DNA from: Histomonas meleagridis 2922-C6/04-290x
Lineage: Eukaryota > Protista > Parabasalia
NCBI GenBank assembly: GCA_020184695.1
Contig: JAANOX010000095.1
Span: forward strand, 62,001 to 126,000
Direction: 5' to 3'
DNA: 64,000 bases
This document shows, in pieces, positions 1 through 12,219 of the stretch (its first letter is position 1; every line of letters starts with the position of its first letter). The position numbers and the translations under genes are program-made. The notes beneath the pieces are model-generated. The model worked only from the letters and a program-made list of their open reading frames with translations, was not told the DNA's origin and ran no database searches.

Positions 1-327
1 TTGGAGAAAACAAAGAACAGCATAAATAAGGAATTGAGCCGATGCAAGAAGCAATTGAAAATTCACGAGTCATTGAAAAATGAATACGAACGATTGGCGA
101 ACGTTAAGCCAAGTCAAACAATTGTTGATGCGGATTTTGTGCAAAATGAAAATTTGGAGGACCTAATGGAGGAGAACAAGAAACTGAAAGAAGAAAATGA
201 AAAACTACAGCAGAAATTGGCGGAGTTGAATTTGCAAATTGCTGCAGTATCAGAAATAACAGTCGGAAGTAAAACAAAAATAGGTGGATTGAAGTTAAAG
301 GCTTCACGACTTGATGGGACTTTGTAA
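1..327 (+). CDS. 3' end of a coiled-coil protein (5'-truncated by the window edge)
   Basis: Open from base 1 to TAA at 325-327; E/K/L-rich heptad-like sequence (LMEENKKLKEENEKLQQKLAELNLQI). No family recognised. Confidence 0.6.
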   Translation: MEKTKNSINKELSRCKKQLKIHESLKNEYERLANVKPSQTIVDADFVQNENLEDLMEENKKLKEENEKLQQKLAELNLQIAAVSEITVGSKTKIGGLKLKASRLDGTL

Positions 328-820
328 ATATATTTTTGTAATGTATTGTAATAAAAATTAATTTCGACATATTTTTAATTTCATAATACCAAAAGAGATG
401 AAAGGACCTATTGAAAATCAAATTAATACACCTTGAAAAACAATAATAGAAGTATATTAATTGGGGAGTGTTGCCTTTGAATGTGTCTATATGCAATTAC
501 TAAATTTAAAAAAAAAAAAAATGAAATTATTTATATAAGGGACAAAAAGTAATAAGCCCATATTTTGATGAATAAAAAATAAAAATTATTTTTGTTTATT
601 GAGATGGATTCTCCTCCCATTTGTGTGTAATAATTCGTATTAATCTTTTTTCCCAATTCCTATAAACTGATTGAGATATCTCGTTCCATATGTCAAATAA
701 TACGTTATTTCCACAAATATCTTTCCATTTTACTTGTTTTCACAATATTACTAATTTACATCATATGAACATGTTTTTCTTTTTAAATAATTATGAAAAA
801 ATTATAATTCAAACAAATAT

Positions 821-1933
821 TTATTCAGTTTTAGGTTCCGATTTGTTTAATATTTTTTGTATTGATTCAGCGATTTCCTTTGTCATTTGCAGCTTATTCC
901 CAGCTAATTTCATCAAAAGACTCACGTCGTCCTTCAAACATTGGTTTTCTCTTTGGTATTTCAATATTTCCGCAGTGCTTTCGAGTGCTTCCGCATATCT
1001 TTTCTCCTCGAACAGCGCCTCTGCTTTTCTGGACAGCAGCCTCACTTTCATCATTGCGACGTCAGCAGTTAAAATCGGCTCTTGAATAAGAGCTAAAGCT
1101 TCGTCACAATCATTTAATGCTAATTTTGGAAGTCCGATTTTTAGTCTCGATGCAGCTCGATTACTAAACGCAGCAACAAATTGTCGATCGCTGCCATTGA
1201 TCGCTTCTGTATAAGCATTAATGGCAGACTTAAAATCCCCGTTTTTGTAAAATACGTCGCCTTGCTGCTTCATCCAGAGTGGTGACGCATCGCCTTTTTT
1301 GGGTACAATGAAATTACGATTTGGTCCTTCATAACGTGCAGGTACAGATTTCATGGTGGGAGTATGAACCATTTGGACAACTTGGGCGCTTCGGGTGGGT
1401 GCTATGGTGGCAGGCTCGTAAAGTGGTTTATTTTTTAATTCTTGGGAACTATTATCTCCATGAATTCGTGAATAGGCATATTGCTTGTCTTCTTCTTGGG
1501 CTGCTTTAAGCGCATCTCGTTGCTCTTTTTCAAGCTCCCATGCGCGTTGCATGGCTTCTTTCTCTGCATTTTCTTTAGAAATTCGTTCTGATTCGATTCG
1601 TGCCCTTTCTGATTCTACAAGGCGTTGAAATGATTCTTCTCTTCGTTGTTTGAGCTCATCTTTGGGAAATGACCAGGGATAGGTTGGCCATTTTTGTGGT
1701 GATTCTTTTTTGATTCGAACCATAAGGTCATTTGATTTGGCTGTTGCACATATGTTTTTAGGTGATACAAGTTCAGGAAAATCAATTATTAAAAAGTATG
1801 GTGAAAGATTAAATTTTGCATAAAGATCAGCAACAACAAGATCGCATTTGGATGCACTTCTACCTTTGAGGGTAACTGAAATTACAACTGTATCATCGAG
1901 ATCTTCAATTTGAAATTCTGGTTCAATACTCAT
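821..1933 (-). CDS. DNAAF4: Dynein axonemal assembly factor 4 (DYX1C1)-like: CS/p23 domain, coiled coil, TPR
   Basis: N-terminal CS-like region (VVISVTLKG...DLVVADLYAKFNLSPYFLIIDF), charged coiled coil, C-terminal TPRs (QQGDVFYKNGDFKSAINAYTEAI...AFSNRAASRLK). Domain order matches DYX1C1. Confidence 0.75.
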   Translation of the reverse strand: MSIEPEFQIEDLDDTVVISVTLKGRSASKCDLVVADLYAKFNLSPYFLIIDFPELVSPKNICATAKSNDLMVRIKKESPQKWPTYPWSFPKDELKQRREESFQRLVESERARIESERISKENAEKEAMQRAWELEKEQRDALKAAQEEDKQYAYSRIHGDNSSQELKNKPLYEPATIAPTRSAQVVQMVHTPTMKSVPARYEGPNRNFIVPKKGDASPLWMKQQGDVFYKNGDFKSAINAYTEAINGSDRQFVAAFSNRAASRLKIGLPKLALNDCDEALALIQEPILTADVAMMKVRLLSRKAEALFEEKRYAEALESTAEILKYQRENQCLKDDVSLLMKLAGNKLQMTKEIAESIQKILNKSEPKTE

Positions 1934-2159
1934 TAAAAAACACGTTAAAAGTATCTATCGTCCAAATAAACCGTTATCTTTGATCGGCAAATGATAAGTT
2001 TTTTGCTTTTGGCTTCATAAAGAGAATTCTCTTGAATTCAAGATACAGCATTAAACAATTTGGGTAATTTTAAACAATATTTTGAAATACTAAAATAACT
2101 TATGCATTTAATTAATTCTTTTAGTTAAATTGATCAACAAATTTTTGTAATATTTACAT

Positions 2160-3119
2160 TTATTTATTCCATTTCGATTCATAAAAAACAGAGTCAATTA
2201 AAGGAACAAAAGAAAACCCGATTCTACTGAGCGAACTTACGAAGTATAAAGCAGATTGCATTATTTGCTTTGCATCGTTAACATCTAATGCCTTTTCAAG
2301 TGCTCCTTTAAGGTGGCGACAATAATTTGTAATTTCTTTTCGAAATGCAATATGTATTGTCAGATCTTCAGAATCATCATTCGAAAAAAGAGCTGAGTAT
2401 TGGGTGTGAAGCTTACTAAAGGCATTACGATACTTTTTAGTAAGGTTGTCAAAGTCAAAAACAGGTGATCTAGAAATTAGATGATCAAGTTTTTTATGGA
2501 GATATTGAAATCTACCATTCACAAATGCAAGTCTAAGCTCAGACTCACTGTAAATCTCTGACGATTTGAGTAAATTAACGTTTTGGATAGAATCTGTTAA
2601 TTTGAGTTTCCCTGAAAAACTGTCTAAAAGTGTTTGTGCAACATCTTGTTTGACTTTCTGTGATTCTGTAAGTGTGGACTGTATGGAAGGAATTCCTGGA
2701 AATTGACGAGCAAATCTTGAAACAGATTGAAAAAGTTGAAGAGCTTCTTCATGATAATTTGAAACGCGACATGCACGCATCATTGAATGTACTTGTAAAA
2801 TATCTTGAATTTGTGATAAATGTCGAAAACCTGAAGATGTTTTTGATAATGAATCAACTGTATCCTGCGCAATTAAACGAAGATCATTACACATATCAAT
2901 TGACTTTTTAATGTCAGATGTTAGTTCCCCAATGTTTTCTGTACAAGATTCAAGATCATCTGTAATTGTAGAAACATTTTCACATGTCTTGATAAAAAAA
3001 TCATAATTATTTGACACGCTTTCATCAAACTGATCCTTAAGTAATGCAATTGATTTTTCAAGTCTTTCTGGTTCTTTTAATAAAACATTTAGATGATAAG
3101 ATGAGAAATCGATTTCCAT
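2160..3119 (-). CDS. COG8: Conserved oligomeric Golgi complex subunit 8 (Dor1 family)
   Basis: N-terminal LLKEPERL...NNYDFFIKT and the MRACRVSNYHEEALQL segment resemble COG8/Dor1. Confidence 0.75.
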   Translation of the reverse strand: MEIDFSSYHLNVLLKEPERLEKSIALLKDQFDESVSNNYDFFIKTCENVSTITDDLESCTENIGELTSDIKKSIDMCNDLRLIAQDTVDSLSKTSSGFRHLSQIQDILQVHSMMRACRVSNYHEEALQLFQSVSRFARQFPGIPSIQSTLTESQKVKQDVAQTLLDSFSGKLKLTDSIQNVNLLKSSEIYSESELRLAFVNGRFQYLHKKLDHLISRSPVFDFDNLTKKYRNAFSKLHTQYSALFSNDDSEDLTIHIAFRKEITNYCRHLKGALEKALDVNDAKQIMQSALYFVSSLSRIGFSFVPLIDSVFYESKWNK

Positions 3120-3179
3120 CCAAGCTTTTGGGGTGGTTCAGAAACCGTTGATGCGTACGTTAAAAATTTCTTAATGGAA

Positions 3180-4061
3180 ATGGGAAACATTTTTTCTTCT
3201 CATCAAACTCATAAAGAAACAAAACAACCGAAAGAAAATGTACCTCAAAAAGAACAAAATGAAAATAAAGAACTGAAAAATGAAGAACAAAAACCTTCTC
3301 AACCAGCTAGAAAAGCAATAGATCGTTCAATTTTTGTTCAAAAAAATAAATCTGATGAAACCATTGTACGAACTCCAGGACAAATTAATGGGAATCAATT
3401 TGTTGTTGATCAACTCGAAAGGTGTAAAGTTATTGTAACTGATTTCTGCGATTCAATGATGATAGATCGTTGCAACGAATGTGAATTTGTACTGTCCGCT
3501 GTTAGGGGTTCTATTTTTTGTAGAAATTGTTCAAACTGCAAGTTTGTAATCGTATGTGGACAATTTAGATGTAGAGAATGCAATGACTGTAAGTTCTTTA
3601 TGCATGTTAAAACAGGGCCTGTTATTGAATCATCTCAAAATCTCCAAATAGGATGTGCAAATATTTCTTATCCGGAACTTTTAGAACAGATGAACAAAGC
3701 AAAACTTGATCCAGTAATTAATCTTTGGAGTGATATTCATGACTTCACTCCTGGTGATAACCATTTCAAACTTTGTCCAGGTGAACATTTAGAAATGGAA
3801 ATTATTCCAAATTCTCAAGAAAACGTTTTACCATTTACTTTCCCACCCAAAACATCAGGAGCAAGTTATTCAGTAAAGTTAAAAGCAGATGCAATTGGAA
3901 CTGTTGCTGAGTTAAGCCAAAATCGCATCAAAATCATTGGAATGAGCCGTGGCGAAGACGGAACATTTTCATGTGAATTAACAGCAAAATCAAAAGACGA
4001 AGCGACAAAATTATTCACAGACAACAATGTTGAACCTGTTTCAATTAAGAAACTTGATTAA
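3180..4061 (+). CDS. TBCC-domain protein (RP2/XRP2-like), probably N-myristoylated
   Basis: TBCC beta-helix (GQINGNQFVVDQLERC...SAVRGSIFCRNC...CGQFRCREC...VKTGPVIESS...NLWSDIHDFTP). The second ATG (3180) gives MGNIFS, an MGxxxS motif as in RP2. Confidence 0.8.
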   Translation: MGNIFSSHQTHKETKQPKENVPQKEQNENKELKNEEQKPSQPARKAIDRSIFVQKNKSDETIVRTPGQINGNQFVVDQLERCKVIVTDFCDSMMIDRCNECEFVLSAVRGSIFCRNCSNCKFVIVCGQFRCRECNDCKFFMHVKTGPVIESSQNLQIGCANISYPELLEQMNKAKLDPVINLWSDIHDFTPGDNHFKLCPGEHLEMEIIPNSQENVLPFTFPPKTSGASYSVKLKADAIGTVAELSQNRIKIIGMSRGEDGTFSCELTAKSKDEATKLFTDNNVEPVSIKKLD

Positions 4062-4130
4062 AGAAATTTTCATGCACTTTTTTGATCGTTTTCATCACAA
4101 ATAATTCACAAGCTTTGTCTGAACAGTTAT

Positions 4131-4673
4131 ATGAGCTTAGAAGAAATTCTTTCTATCAAAGAAGAGGGAAATCAAAATTTTCGAAATAAAGAATACGAGA
4201 AAGCACTTAACCTTTATTCAGATGCAATTTTTAAGGGAGAACTTCTTGGAGATGAATTGGATTCTGAAATTAAAGCCGCATTATACAGTAACAGAGCTGC
4301 TTGTTTCATGTCTTTAAATAAAGTTGATGAGTGTCTATCTGATGCGGAACATGGGCTTTCTCTTAAAACGCCTTATCCACGATGTCGATTAAGAAAATAT
4401 TGGGCTTTAAGAAAAAAAGGCAAAGCAAATGATGCTCTTGCTGAACTCAAAAAAGCAATTGAAGAAGATCCTTCTTTAGAGGCTTCTTATAGTGTTGAAA
4501 TGAAGGAAGTTCAGAAAGAAGCAGATGCAGAAACAGAAAAAATGAAAAATGAAGCACTTAGTCAACTTAAAGATCTTGGAAACAAGTTCCTTGGACTTTT
4601 TGGCATGAGTACTGATAACTTCAAGTTCCAGCAAAACCCAGACGGCGGATATAACATTCAACTTGAGAAGTAA
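4131..4673 (+). CDS. TTC1: TPR protein, TTC1-like
   Basis: Three TPRs (KEEGNQNFRNKEYEKALNLYSDAI, LYSNRAACF) plus the TTC1-type C-terminus LKDLGNKFLGLFGMSTDNFKFQQNPDGGYNI. Confidence 0.75.
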   Translation: MSLEEILSIKEEGNQNFRNKEYEKALNLYSDAIFKGELLGDELDSEIKAALYSNRAACFMSLNKVDECLSDAEHGLSLKTPYPRCRLRKYWALRKKGKANDALAELKKAIEEDPSLEASYSVEMKEVQKEADAETEKMKNEALSQLKDLGNKFLGLFGMSTDNFKFQQNPDGGYNIQLEK

Positions 4674-5113
4674 TGTGTACTTTTATGTAAACTTTTCAAT
4701 ATATATTGCTAATGAAATCTTCTTCTGTTTGAGTTAATAAATAAAGATTAAAAATTCTTAACATTAGTGGTAATTCTTTTTTTATCAATTGGTAATGTTA
4801 TTAATTTTAATAGTTAGCATAATTTATCATTTTCAATGTCCAATCATAAATTCATGCATATACGAATTTAAATTGCTCTTGAGTTGCCTTGGTAAAACAA
4901 ATAGTAAAATAAACATTAAACATTTTATATTAGTAAATCATTTAAATAATTCGTTGAATGCAATCTTGTTTTCCCAAACACATGAAAAAATAATGCATTG
5001 TAAGGAAGAAATTCATTTTAGCTTCATCTATACTTTATCATCTTTGTGCAAAGAAGAGTTTTGCTGTTTAAGATAAATTCAATTCATATTTGGTCGAAAT
5101 CCCAATCATCCCA

Positions 5114-5749
5114 ATGAAAACAAAAAATAGCATTAAGGTATTAATTGTAGGGAATGCTTCAGTTGGAAAAACAGCTATTTTAAACCGATTTATTGATGAT
5201 AAGTTTGAGCAGCAAAATGCTACAGTATGTATTAATTATCTTTCAAAAGTTATAGAACTTCCAAATCATGAAAGTGTTAAATTGCAAATATGGGACACAG
5301 CTGGGTCAGAAACTTATAAGTCATTGGCACCAATGTATTATCGTGATGCTGACTTAGCAATACTAACTTTTGCTGTTGGTGATATAAATCCCGAGTCTTT
5401 AATTTCCAGTCGGGAGTCATTTGAAGATATTGATTTGTGGCATAAAGAAATTATGGAATTTAACAAAAAAACGTTATTTTGCATATGTGGGAATATGTCA
5501 GATATTCCAGAAGAACAACGCGAAATCACGACAGAGGAAGGCCGGGACAAAGCCATGTCTTACAATGTAGATTATTTCGAAACAAGTGCAAAAACAGGAA
5601 ATGGAATAAATGAGCTATTTACCACAATGGCCCAAAAATGTTTGGAAAGAATGGAAGTGGAAAGGGAAGCCCAACAAGAGCCTAGTCCTAAACCAGTACC
5701 AAATGAAACGCCGAAAAGAGGTTTCTTCTCATGGTTGTTTAGTTGCTAA
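5114..5749 (+). CDS. Rab-family small GTPase (divergent)
   Basis: GNASVGKT, IWDTAGSE, YYRDAD, GNMSD (degenerate NKxD), ETSAK, terminal Cys. First in-frame ATG at 5114. Confidence 0.85.
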   Translation: MKTKNSIKVLIVGNASVGKTAILNRFIDDKFEQQNATVCINYLSKVIELPNHESVKLQIWDTAGSETYKSLAPMYYRDADLAILTFAVGDINPESLISSRESFEDIDLWHKEIMEFNKKTLFCICGNMSDIPEEQREITTEEGRDKAMSYNVDYFETSAKTGNGINELFTTMAQKCLERMEVEREAQQEPSPKPVPNETPKRGFFSWLFSC

Positions 5750-6748
5750 TTCAAACAATTAAATCGATATCGTTATAAATCACTTATATTAATACTTTTC
5801 TTTTATGTGAAAATGATTTTTGAAATTAGAGGACTTTTGTTGAATATATATTATGTGAGTTAAATTATTTGATGATATCATTTAATTACTTTGTTATTGT
5901 ATTAAAAATTATTATAGAATTCCAATTAATTTTTAACTTAATTTAATATAACGGAAAAATTTTTATTTAGTTTTTTATTCTTCATATGATAAACATTAAA
6001 ATTTTATCAATGTGCTGGAAAAAATATATTTTCATCATTGAAAAATTAAGTTATTTAATATTAAAGTATGCTCAATGTGTGTGATTTAATGCACAAATAA
6101 TTATTATGATATTAAGTATCTAATTAATATATTTTTTCCTAAATAACAATTTTTATTTATAAAAATTAATTCTTTCTTTTTTATTATATATTATTTACTA
6201 TATGTTTATATATATATATATTCATTAATTGTTTTTTTTATAATGTTATTCATACTTTTTTTACTTTATCATATTGATTTTAGCATTGCATTTTTCCGTT
6301 TCAACTTAATTTGATATGTATTTTTTATTTATATAATATTTTTTTGTATCACCAACAAGGTATCAGATGTGCAAGTTTTGATTATCATCAAATGTTGTAA
6401 TTTTCATTTTCATTATTTTTCAAAAGAATTAGAAAATCATCATCCCAAAAATAATCGTTTTTTTACATTGAAGTGAAAAAAATCATTACGATTGCAATTT
6501 ATAAAACGAATAAATGCGTTCAATTAAAATCTCTAAGTGAAATAAATTCAACACATTGAACTTGAGTTATCATAAAATCTTTTGGTTAGTCATTGAATCC
6601 AAAAGCTCCCAAATTTGCCATATTACACAAAGTTTTGAATATTTAGCATTTCAAATAACCGATTAGATTCACTTCTAAAGATTTTACGATATTATTTTCA
6701 AATCACAGAAAATTGAGCCTCTTCTGAAGCATTGATCACATCACAAAA

Positions 6749-7870
6749 ATGTCTGAAGTTTCGTTAAACTTATCTGTGCTACGTAAATGGACCAAATATG
6801 ATCATTTATCGATATGTGTAGGTGTCGATGTTGGTGGTTCAGGAATACGTGTAAGGATTTCCAATGCACTTGAAATCAAATCAGAATATATTGATTTAAA
6901 ACATATTAAAGTTAAAACAACTGCAAAAGCAATTGAAGCTCTAACAAATATTGAGAAAAGCTTAGAGAATTTAGCTCCTGATTTTGAATGTAAAGGAGCA
7001 ACAATAGCAGTTGCTGGTCCGATTAAAAATGGCATATGCATAATAACAAATTGGGAAGGAACAAAAGAACAAAGAACAATACATTCTAGTTGTTTACCAT
7101 CACGCATATTTCCAAAAGATCGTACATTTCTTATTAATGATTTAGAAGCTGGTGCATATGGAGTTATTGCAGCTGACAAACAAGGAATCCTTGAAAGCAA
7201 ATTTGAACTTTTATTTGGAGAAGCAAAGCCAGGAGAATCAATTATTAATAATTCAAGAACAGCAGTACTTGCAATGGGAACAGGCCTAGGAGGAGCAATC
7301 ATTGTTAAGTCTCAATTCCTGGATAAACCATTTGTTTTTCCAACTGAGATTGGACACCTTCAAATTCCAATTGTTTGTTCAGGTCTAAGTCATAAAGAAG
7401 AAGAAGAAATGTTAGAAAATTTATCTTCATCATTTTATGATGGAAAACTTACACCAGAATTTGAAGATTTATGTAGTGGAAAAGGTTTATGTTATGCTTA
7501 TAAATATCTTCTTGAAAAGGAAAAAGGATCAACGAGCGAAGCAGAGTTAGATCCTCCCAAAATTGCTGAGAAAGCTCAAAAAGGAGATAAAATTGCAAGA
7601 GATGCACTTTTATGGCATTATAGAATGTTTACTAGAGCAGCAAAAATTATTGCAACTTCATTATCATGCGGATCAATTCTTATGGCTTTAGATAATCAAG
7701 TTAAAAATTCTTGGTTTATTTCTCAAGTTGCTGAAGAATTAGCAACAGAATTTAATTCATTCACCCGACCCGATTGGATCAAAAATGTTAAATGTTATAC
7801 GCAAAAAGAGATATTGAATTTCAATATCCTTGGCGCTGATTACATGGCTCACCAAATTGCCAATAAGTAA
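6749..7870 (+). CDS. glk: Glucokinase, bacterial Glk type
   Basis: GVDVGGSGIR, AVAGPI, INDLEAGAYG, GTGLGG, EIGH and FEDLCSGKGL motifs of the Glk family. Confidence 0.85.
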   Translation: MSEVSLNLSVLRKWTKYDHLSICVGVDVGGSGIRVRISNALEIKSEYIDLKHIKVKTTAKAIEALTNIEKSLENLAPDFECKGATIAVAGPIKNGICIITNWEGTKEQRTIHSSCLPSRIFPKDRTFLINDLEAGAYGVIAADKQGILESKFELLFGEAKPGESIINNSRTAVLAMGTGLGGAIIVKSQFLDKPFVFPTEIGHLQIPIVCSGLSHKEEEEMLENLSSSFYDGKLTPEFEDLCSGKGLCYAYKYLLEKEKGSTSEAELDPPKIAEKAQKGDKIARDALLWHYRMFTRAAKIIATSLSCGSILMALDNQVKNSWFISQVAEELATEFNSFTRPDWIKNVKCYTQKEILNFNILGADYMAHQIANK

Positions 7871-8625
7871 ATTAGTACAAAAAATTTTTTTTTTAATTTA
7901 AATTACTTAGAACACGTATCAGGTATTGATTGAGTTTTAACTTTAGTTCTTTAAAAGCTAATTCTTTCTTTCAGGTAATTTGAGTTTTCTATATATAAAA
8001 CTGTAACATACAAAATCTAAATTTAGATTGCTCAAAAAAACAAAATCAATAACGAACTACTGGTAATTTTAGAGAAAATAAATGATGAAATTTCGTATTA
8101 AAAAAATGCTTTTTCTTTATTATTATGAGAATCGGATTAATATTATCTAAAAATGAATCTATTTCAAATGAGATTTTCATTAAGAACATAAAATGATTCA
8201 TGAAATCATATATTTAAAAGAATTTAGAGGAAAATATTAATGATTTACAAATCAGTGTTTTCTTCTTTAATAGTTATTAGATCTATATATTATCTTTAAT
8301 ACAGAGGCAATATACATGAAATAACTTAAAATTAAAAGAAAAATTTTTATCACGAAAACATTTTTCTAACGAAGTTATATAATTCACGCGTTTTATTCAT
8401 TCAAGTTCATTACAATTATCAGCTACTCTCGACATAATAATTTTGTCCATTTGTTAATTCCATAACATTTATGATAAAATTATATTGAAAATATTTTTAT
8501 TAAATTTATTGGAAGGTTATGTTACAACAATGTATTTCCAAAATTTAAAAGTAACCTCAATTGAAATTGTTCTTTCCAAATGTGGTGAATTTGATGGTTT
8601 ATGTTTTGCATTAAAAATATAATTT

Positions 8626-9420
8626 TCATTTATTGTATGAAGCAAACTTCCTTTCTTTCATTGGAAGTACTAACATTTTTTGCAGGACCACTAGAATTAG
8701 GATTAAAGCTATAATAAAGATTAAAGATGAACCAGATTTTGTCAAATGGAATTTAATAATATTTTCTAAAAGATCATCTAGTCCACTTCTTGTAACGCAA
8801 CTTACCTCTACAAACATCGCCCCTATCTCTTTTGCCTTTTTCATTCCTTCTTCTTGCGGTGCTTGTCTAGAAGAATTTTGAATTTCATTTGATATTAAAA
8901 CCTTGGTGTAATCACAGTCATCCATATGATTTTGAGGAATTAATTATATAGTGTTTTTGCGATCATAAATAAAAATAGCATATTCAATCCATGAATAAAA
9001 TTGTCAATTAGCAGCTTTTCATTTCACATTCATTCATAAAATCATTCAATTTTTCAGTAAACCATTCAAAAATGGGAATTGAGAGAGTTACTTCAACCCC
9101 AAAAAACAGATTTTTTTTCTTCTTTTTTCATTCCATACATATGTAAGCATTCCATGAATTATACAAGAAATTGATATTTGAAATCGAGATCTCAAAATTC
9201 AGCAGTCGAAATTGCCTAAAAATTTATATTTAAACTCAATACCCGAAGTTGCCCATACATTTTGATTTTCAACGAAAAACTATTGAGGAATTTAGAGTTG
9301 AAGTACCTTTGAGTTGAGCTAATTTTTGTCCGCATTGTGAAATGGTTGGGGGTGTTTGTTTGGACACTGATTCACCGAAGGAAATACTTGTCTGGGAATG
9401 GATCATCTTGTATTTTAAGA
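8626..9420 (-). pseudogene. Decayed small GTPase remnant
   Basis: Fragments on the - strand read DPFPDKY, NVWATSGIE (DTAGQE-like), YAIFIYD and EEGMKKAKEIGAMFVEVSCVTRSGLDDLLENII, separated by stops and frameshifts. Boundaries approximate. Confidence 0.5.
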
Positions 9421-10174
9421 TGTTTTTTTTTAAACCTGCCAAAGTCAAAATTATGGGTTTTATAGTGATCTAATGATTTTTAAGAATTTTGTCTAAAAAA
9501 AATCGCATATGATAAATGTAGATCAATAGTCTTGTGTTTAAGATTTGAAGCTTCAAATATGTTTTTTTTAAATCAATTTTTTGAGATCATTAAATTCTTA
9601 ATAATTCATCAGAAAATTATAAATAAAATTTTTATTTGATGTACTATTTTTATATTATTTGCATTTTTATTTGAAGCTTCAATATTTACAATGCCATGTT
9701 AATCGCTTGTGATTTTGACTAAAGTTTTGGTCATTTTAGTATTTATATTTTCTTCATCATTTCCGAGTGATTACAAATTAAGATAATCTTTTAGTTAAGT
9801 TAAGATAACAAATAATTAATAATTGACACATGAAAGATATTAAATATCTAATTTCTGTTTTGAAGTTTTTCATTAAATTTTACCAACGTTATTCATTCAA
9901 TCAACAATGTTTTTATCTTATGATTTATATATATACAATTATTTTGTAAATCAAAATTATTCGTTAAAAATAATTATCATCTTTTTTAGCTTTCATTTAA
10001 TATATGAAAGCAAAAAAGTAAGTGCTTCAAATAGAATGCGGGGTTAGACGAAAATCTTCCTAGAGCGATAAAAATAAAGAGAATTTAGCCCAAAAACATT
10101 TGGCCAGAAAATTGAACGGTTGTTTGCTCTTAGCATTGAATTTTTTGTAAAGCATTTGATTCCAGTTTGTCAAA

Positions 10175-11659
10175 ATGCATCGCAGTATGAGCCGCGCCGA
10201 AGGGCTCAGCCTTTACGAAGGTTTTGGTGGCCTCCAAGATGGTGGTGTAGACTTAAGTGACTTCCAAACGCAACTCGCACAAGATCGTATCTCCAGAACA
10301 ATGACTTTCCAAAAAATTACGAGGCCTTCCATTGCAAGATTATGCAAACGTACAATTGCTAAGATGGAAGAACAACAATTCAATGAATCTAGCCCTTTTC
10401 TTGATGTCGACTATGCTTGCAAAGTTTTGGATAAACTCGACCAAACAGAATTAACTGACTTCCTTAAAAATGTAACCGAATGTGCAGAAAAGAATCAGAA
10501 AGTCATGACCAAATTTTTGGAGTCGACCGAAATTGCACAAAAATTAACCGCCGCATTAGGAAGTGGTTTACCAGAACCCTTAATCATACTTCTCCTTAAC
10601 ACCATCGCCGACCTCTATCCCATTTCCACAGATACACAGATCACATACATTGATGAAGGCATATGTTTTCAATTTTTCGATTTTCTTGAATCAGATTCCT
10701 CAGATCTTGTCATTGCTGCTATTGGCCTTATCGGCGTCCTTTCTCAGTACAATAGCTACGCTCGTGATGCTATTATGTGCAATGATATTCATTTGACACT
10801 TATCAACATTGCTCAAACATCAAGTAACAAAGAGGTTGTTGAAGCTGCCTGTGAGTCCCTTTCACACATGTTTGAGAATCCGGAGCCAATTGACACATCG
10901 ATTTTACTTGATTGCATTAATCCCATGATACCACTTCTCAACCTTGAATCCGAAGATGCACTTCAATCTGTCCTTGTCTGCTTCATTGATATTTCATCTC
11001 AGAATCCCACAACCATCATATCAATTTTCGACTTAAATTTATATCCAAAAATCATCGACCTTTTACCCAATCACAACCTCACATCCACAGTCTTACGCCT
11101 TATCCGCAACATGGCCATTGCCCAACCATCACAGATTGAGAAGATGTTATCGATAGGACTTTTCCCCAAATTAGTTGATTTACTCACGACAGAGTTCACG
11201 GCCGATGTCTATTGGGTTCTAACAAGTTTTCTCGAGGCAGTACCGACCATGATGATGAAACTTTTCACATCCGAATTTATTGATAATTCGATTGACATTG
11301 CAGCATATAGTTCATTTAATGTCAAGAAAGAAGCTTCATATTTCCTTGCCACCACAGTTATGTTTGCCGATGAAACCAAAATCAAAATGCTGATGAAAGA
11401 AGATCTGATTCGAGTATTCATCGAAATGTTAAATGGCGAAATAGTACTCATAATACTTCGTGTCATTGATTCTATCATCCATTTCATAAATTTGCTCACG
11501 GCTGAGGGAAATACGTACGACCGAAAGTTCATGAAGCCATTGTACGAGGAAAACGGTGAAAAGGCAGTTCAGCAATTGTTGAACAGCAGCCAACAGACTG
11601 TCGCTGAGAGAGCGCAGTACTTTAATGAACAGATTCAAACTCTAAAAGATTCTCTTTAG
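10175..11659 (+). CDS. ARM/HEAT-repeat protein, importin-alpha-like
   Basis: 494-aa ORF of helical repeats (AAIGLIGVLSQYNSYARDAIM, SFNVKKEASYFLA, TVAERAQYF). Confidence 0.75.
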   Translation: MHRSMSRAEGLSLYEGFGGLQDGGVDLSDFQTQLAQDRISRTMTFQKITRPSIARLCKRTIAKMEEQQFNESSPFLDVDYACKVLDKLDQTELTDFLKNVTECAEKNQKVMTKFLESTEIAQKLTAALGSGLPEPLIILLLNTIADLYPISTDTQITYIDEGICFQFFDFLESDSSDLVIAAIGLIGVLSQYNSYARDAIMCNDIHLTLINIAQTSSNKEVVEAACESLSHMFENPEPIDTSILLDCINPMIPLLNLESEDALQSVLVCFIDISSQNPTTIISIFDLNLYPKIIDLLPNHNLTSTVLRLIRNMAIAQPSQIEKMLSIGLFPKLVDLLTTEFTADVYWVLTSFLEAVPTMMMKLFTSEFIDNSIDIAAYSSFNVKKEASYFLATTVMFADETKIKMLMKEDLIRVFIEMLNGEIVLIILRVIDSIIHFINLLTAEGNTYDRKFMKPLYEENGEKAVQQLLNSSQQTVAERAQYFNEQIQTLKDSL

Positions 11660-12219
11660 AATTGAATCAGTTGGAAAATTGATAAAATGTCAGTTCATAA
11701 ATATTGAACATAAATTATTAACTGTTTACTGTTTTAGGATATGATAAATCCTTTTATAAGAACTGAAAATGAATTTCAGGAAAAAGGAAAGAAATTTTAT
11801 TATTTTAAAAGACTATTGAGGCAGTGCTTGTTAAAATATGAAAATTTGGTATTAATGAAATGAGATAACATAGGACAAACGATAGGGAATTGAATAGCAA
11901 ACGATTGTTTTGCACTCAATTTTGATTTAGACGAAATTCGAATACATGTGGAATATTAAGGATTTTTATTAATAAGAATAGTTTATAAGGCTAACTATGA
12001 TTGGGTCTTATATAAGGACGGTATAAAATGGAACAATACAATAAATCATCAAAATCTCATAAATTCGAAACTTTGATGATTTTAATCAGAAGGTTCCTTC
12101 AAAGGGTTGGAATGACTTATTGAAAGATAAATAATCATAGGATGTGTATATGATTAAATTATTTTATGATATAAAAACTATAGTTTGTAAACTAATTTTT
12201 ATATATAAAATTTTATTAA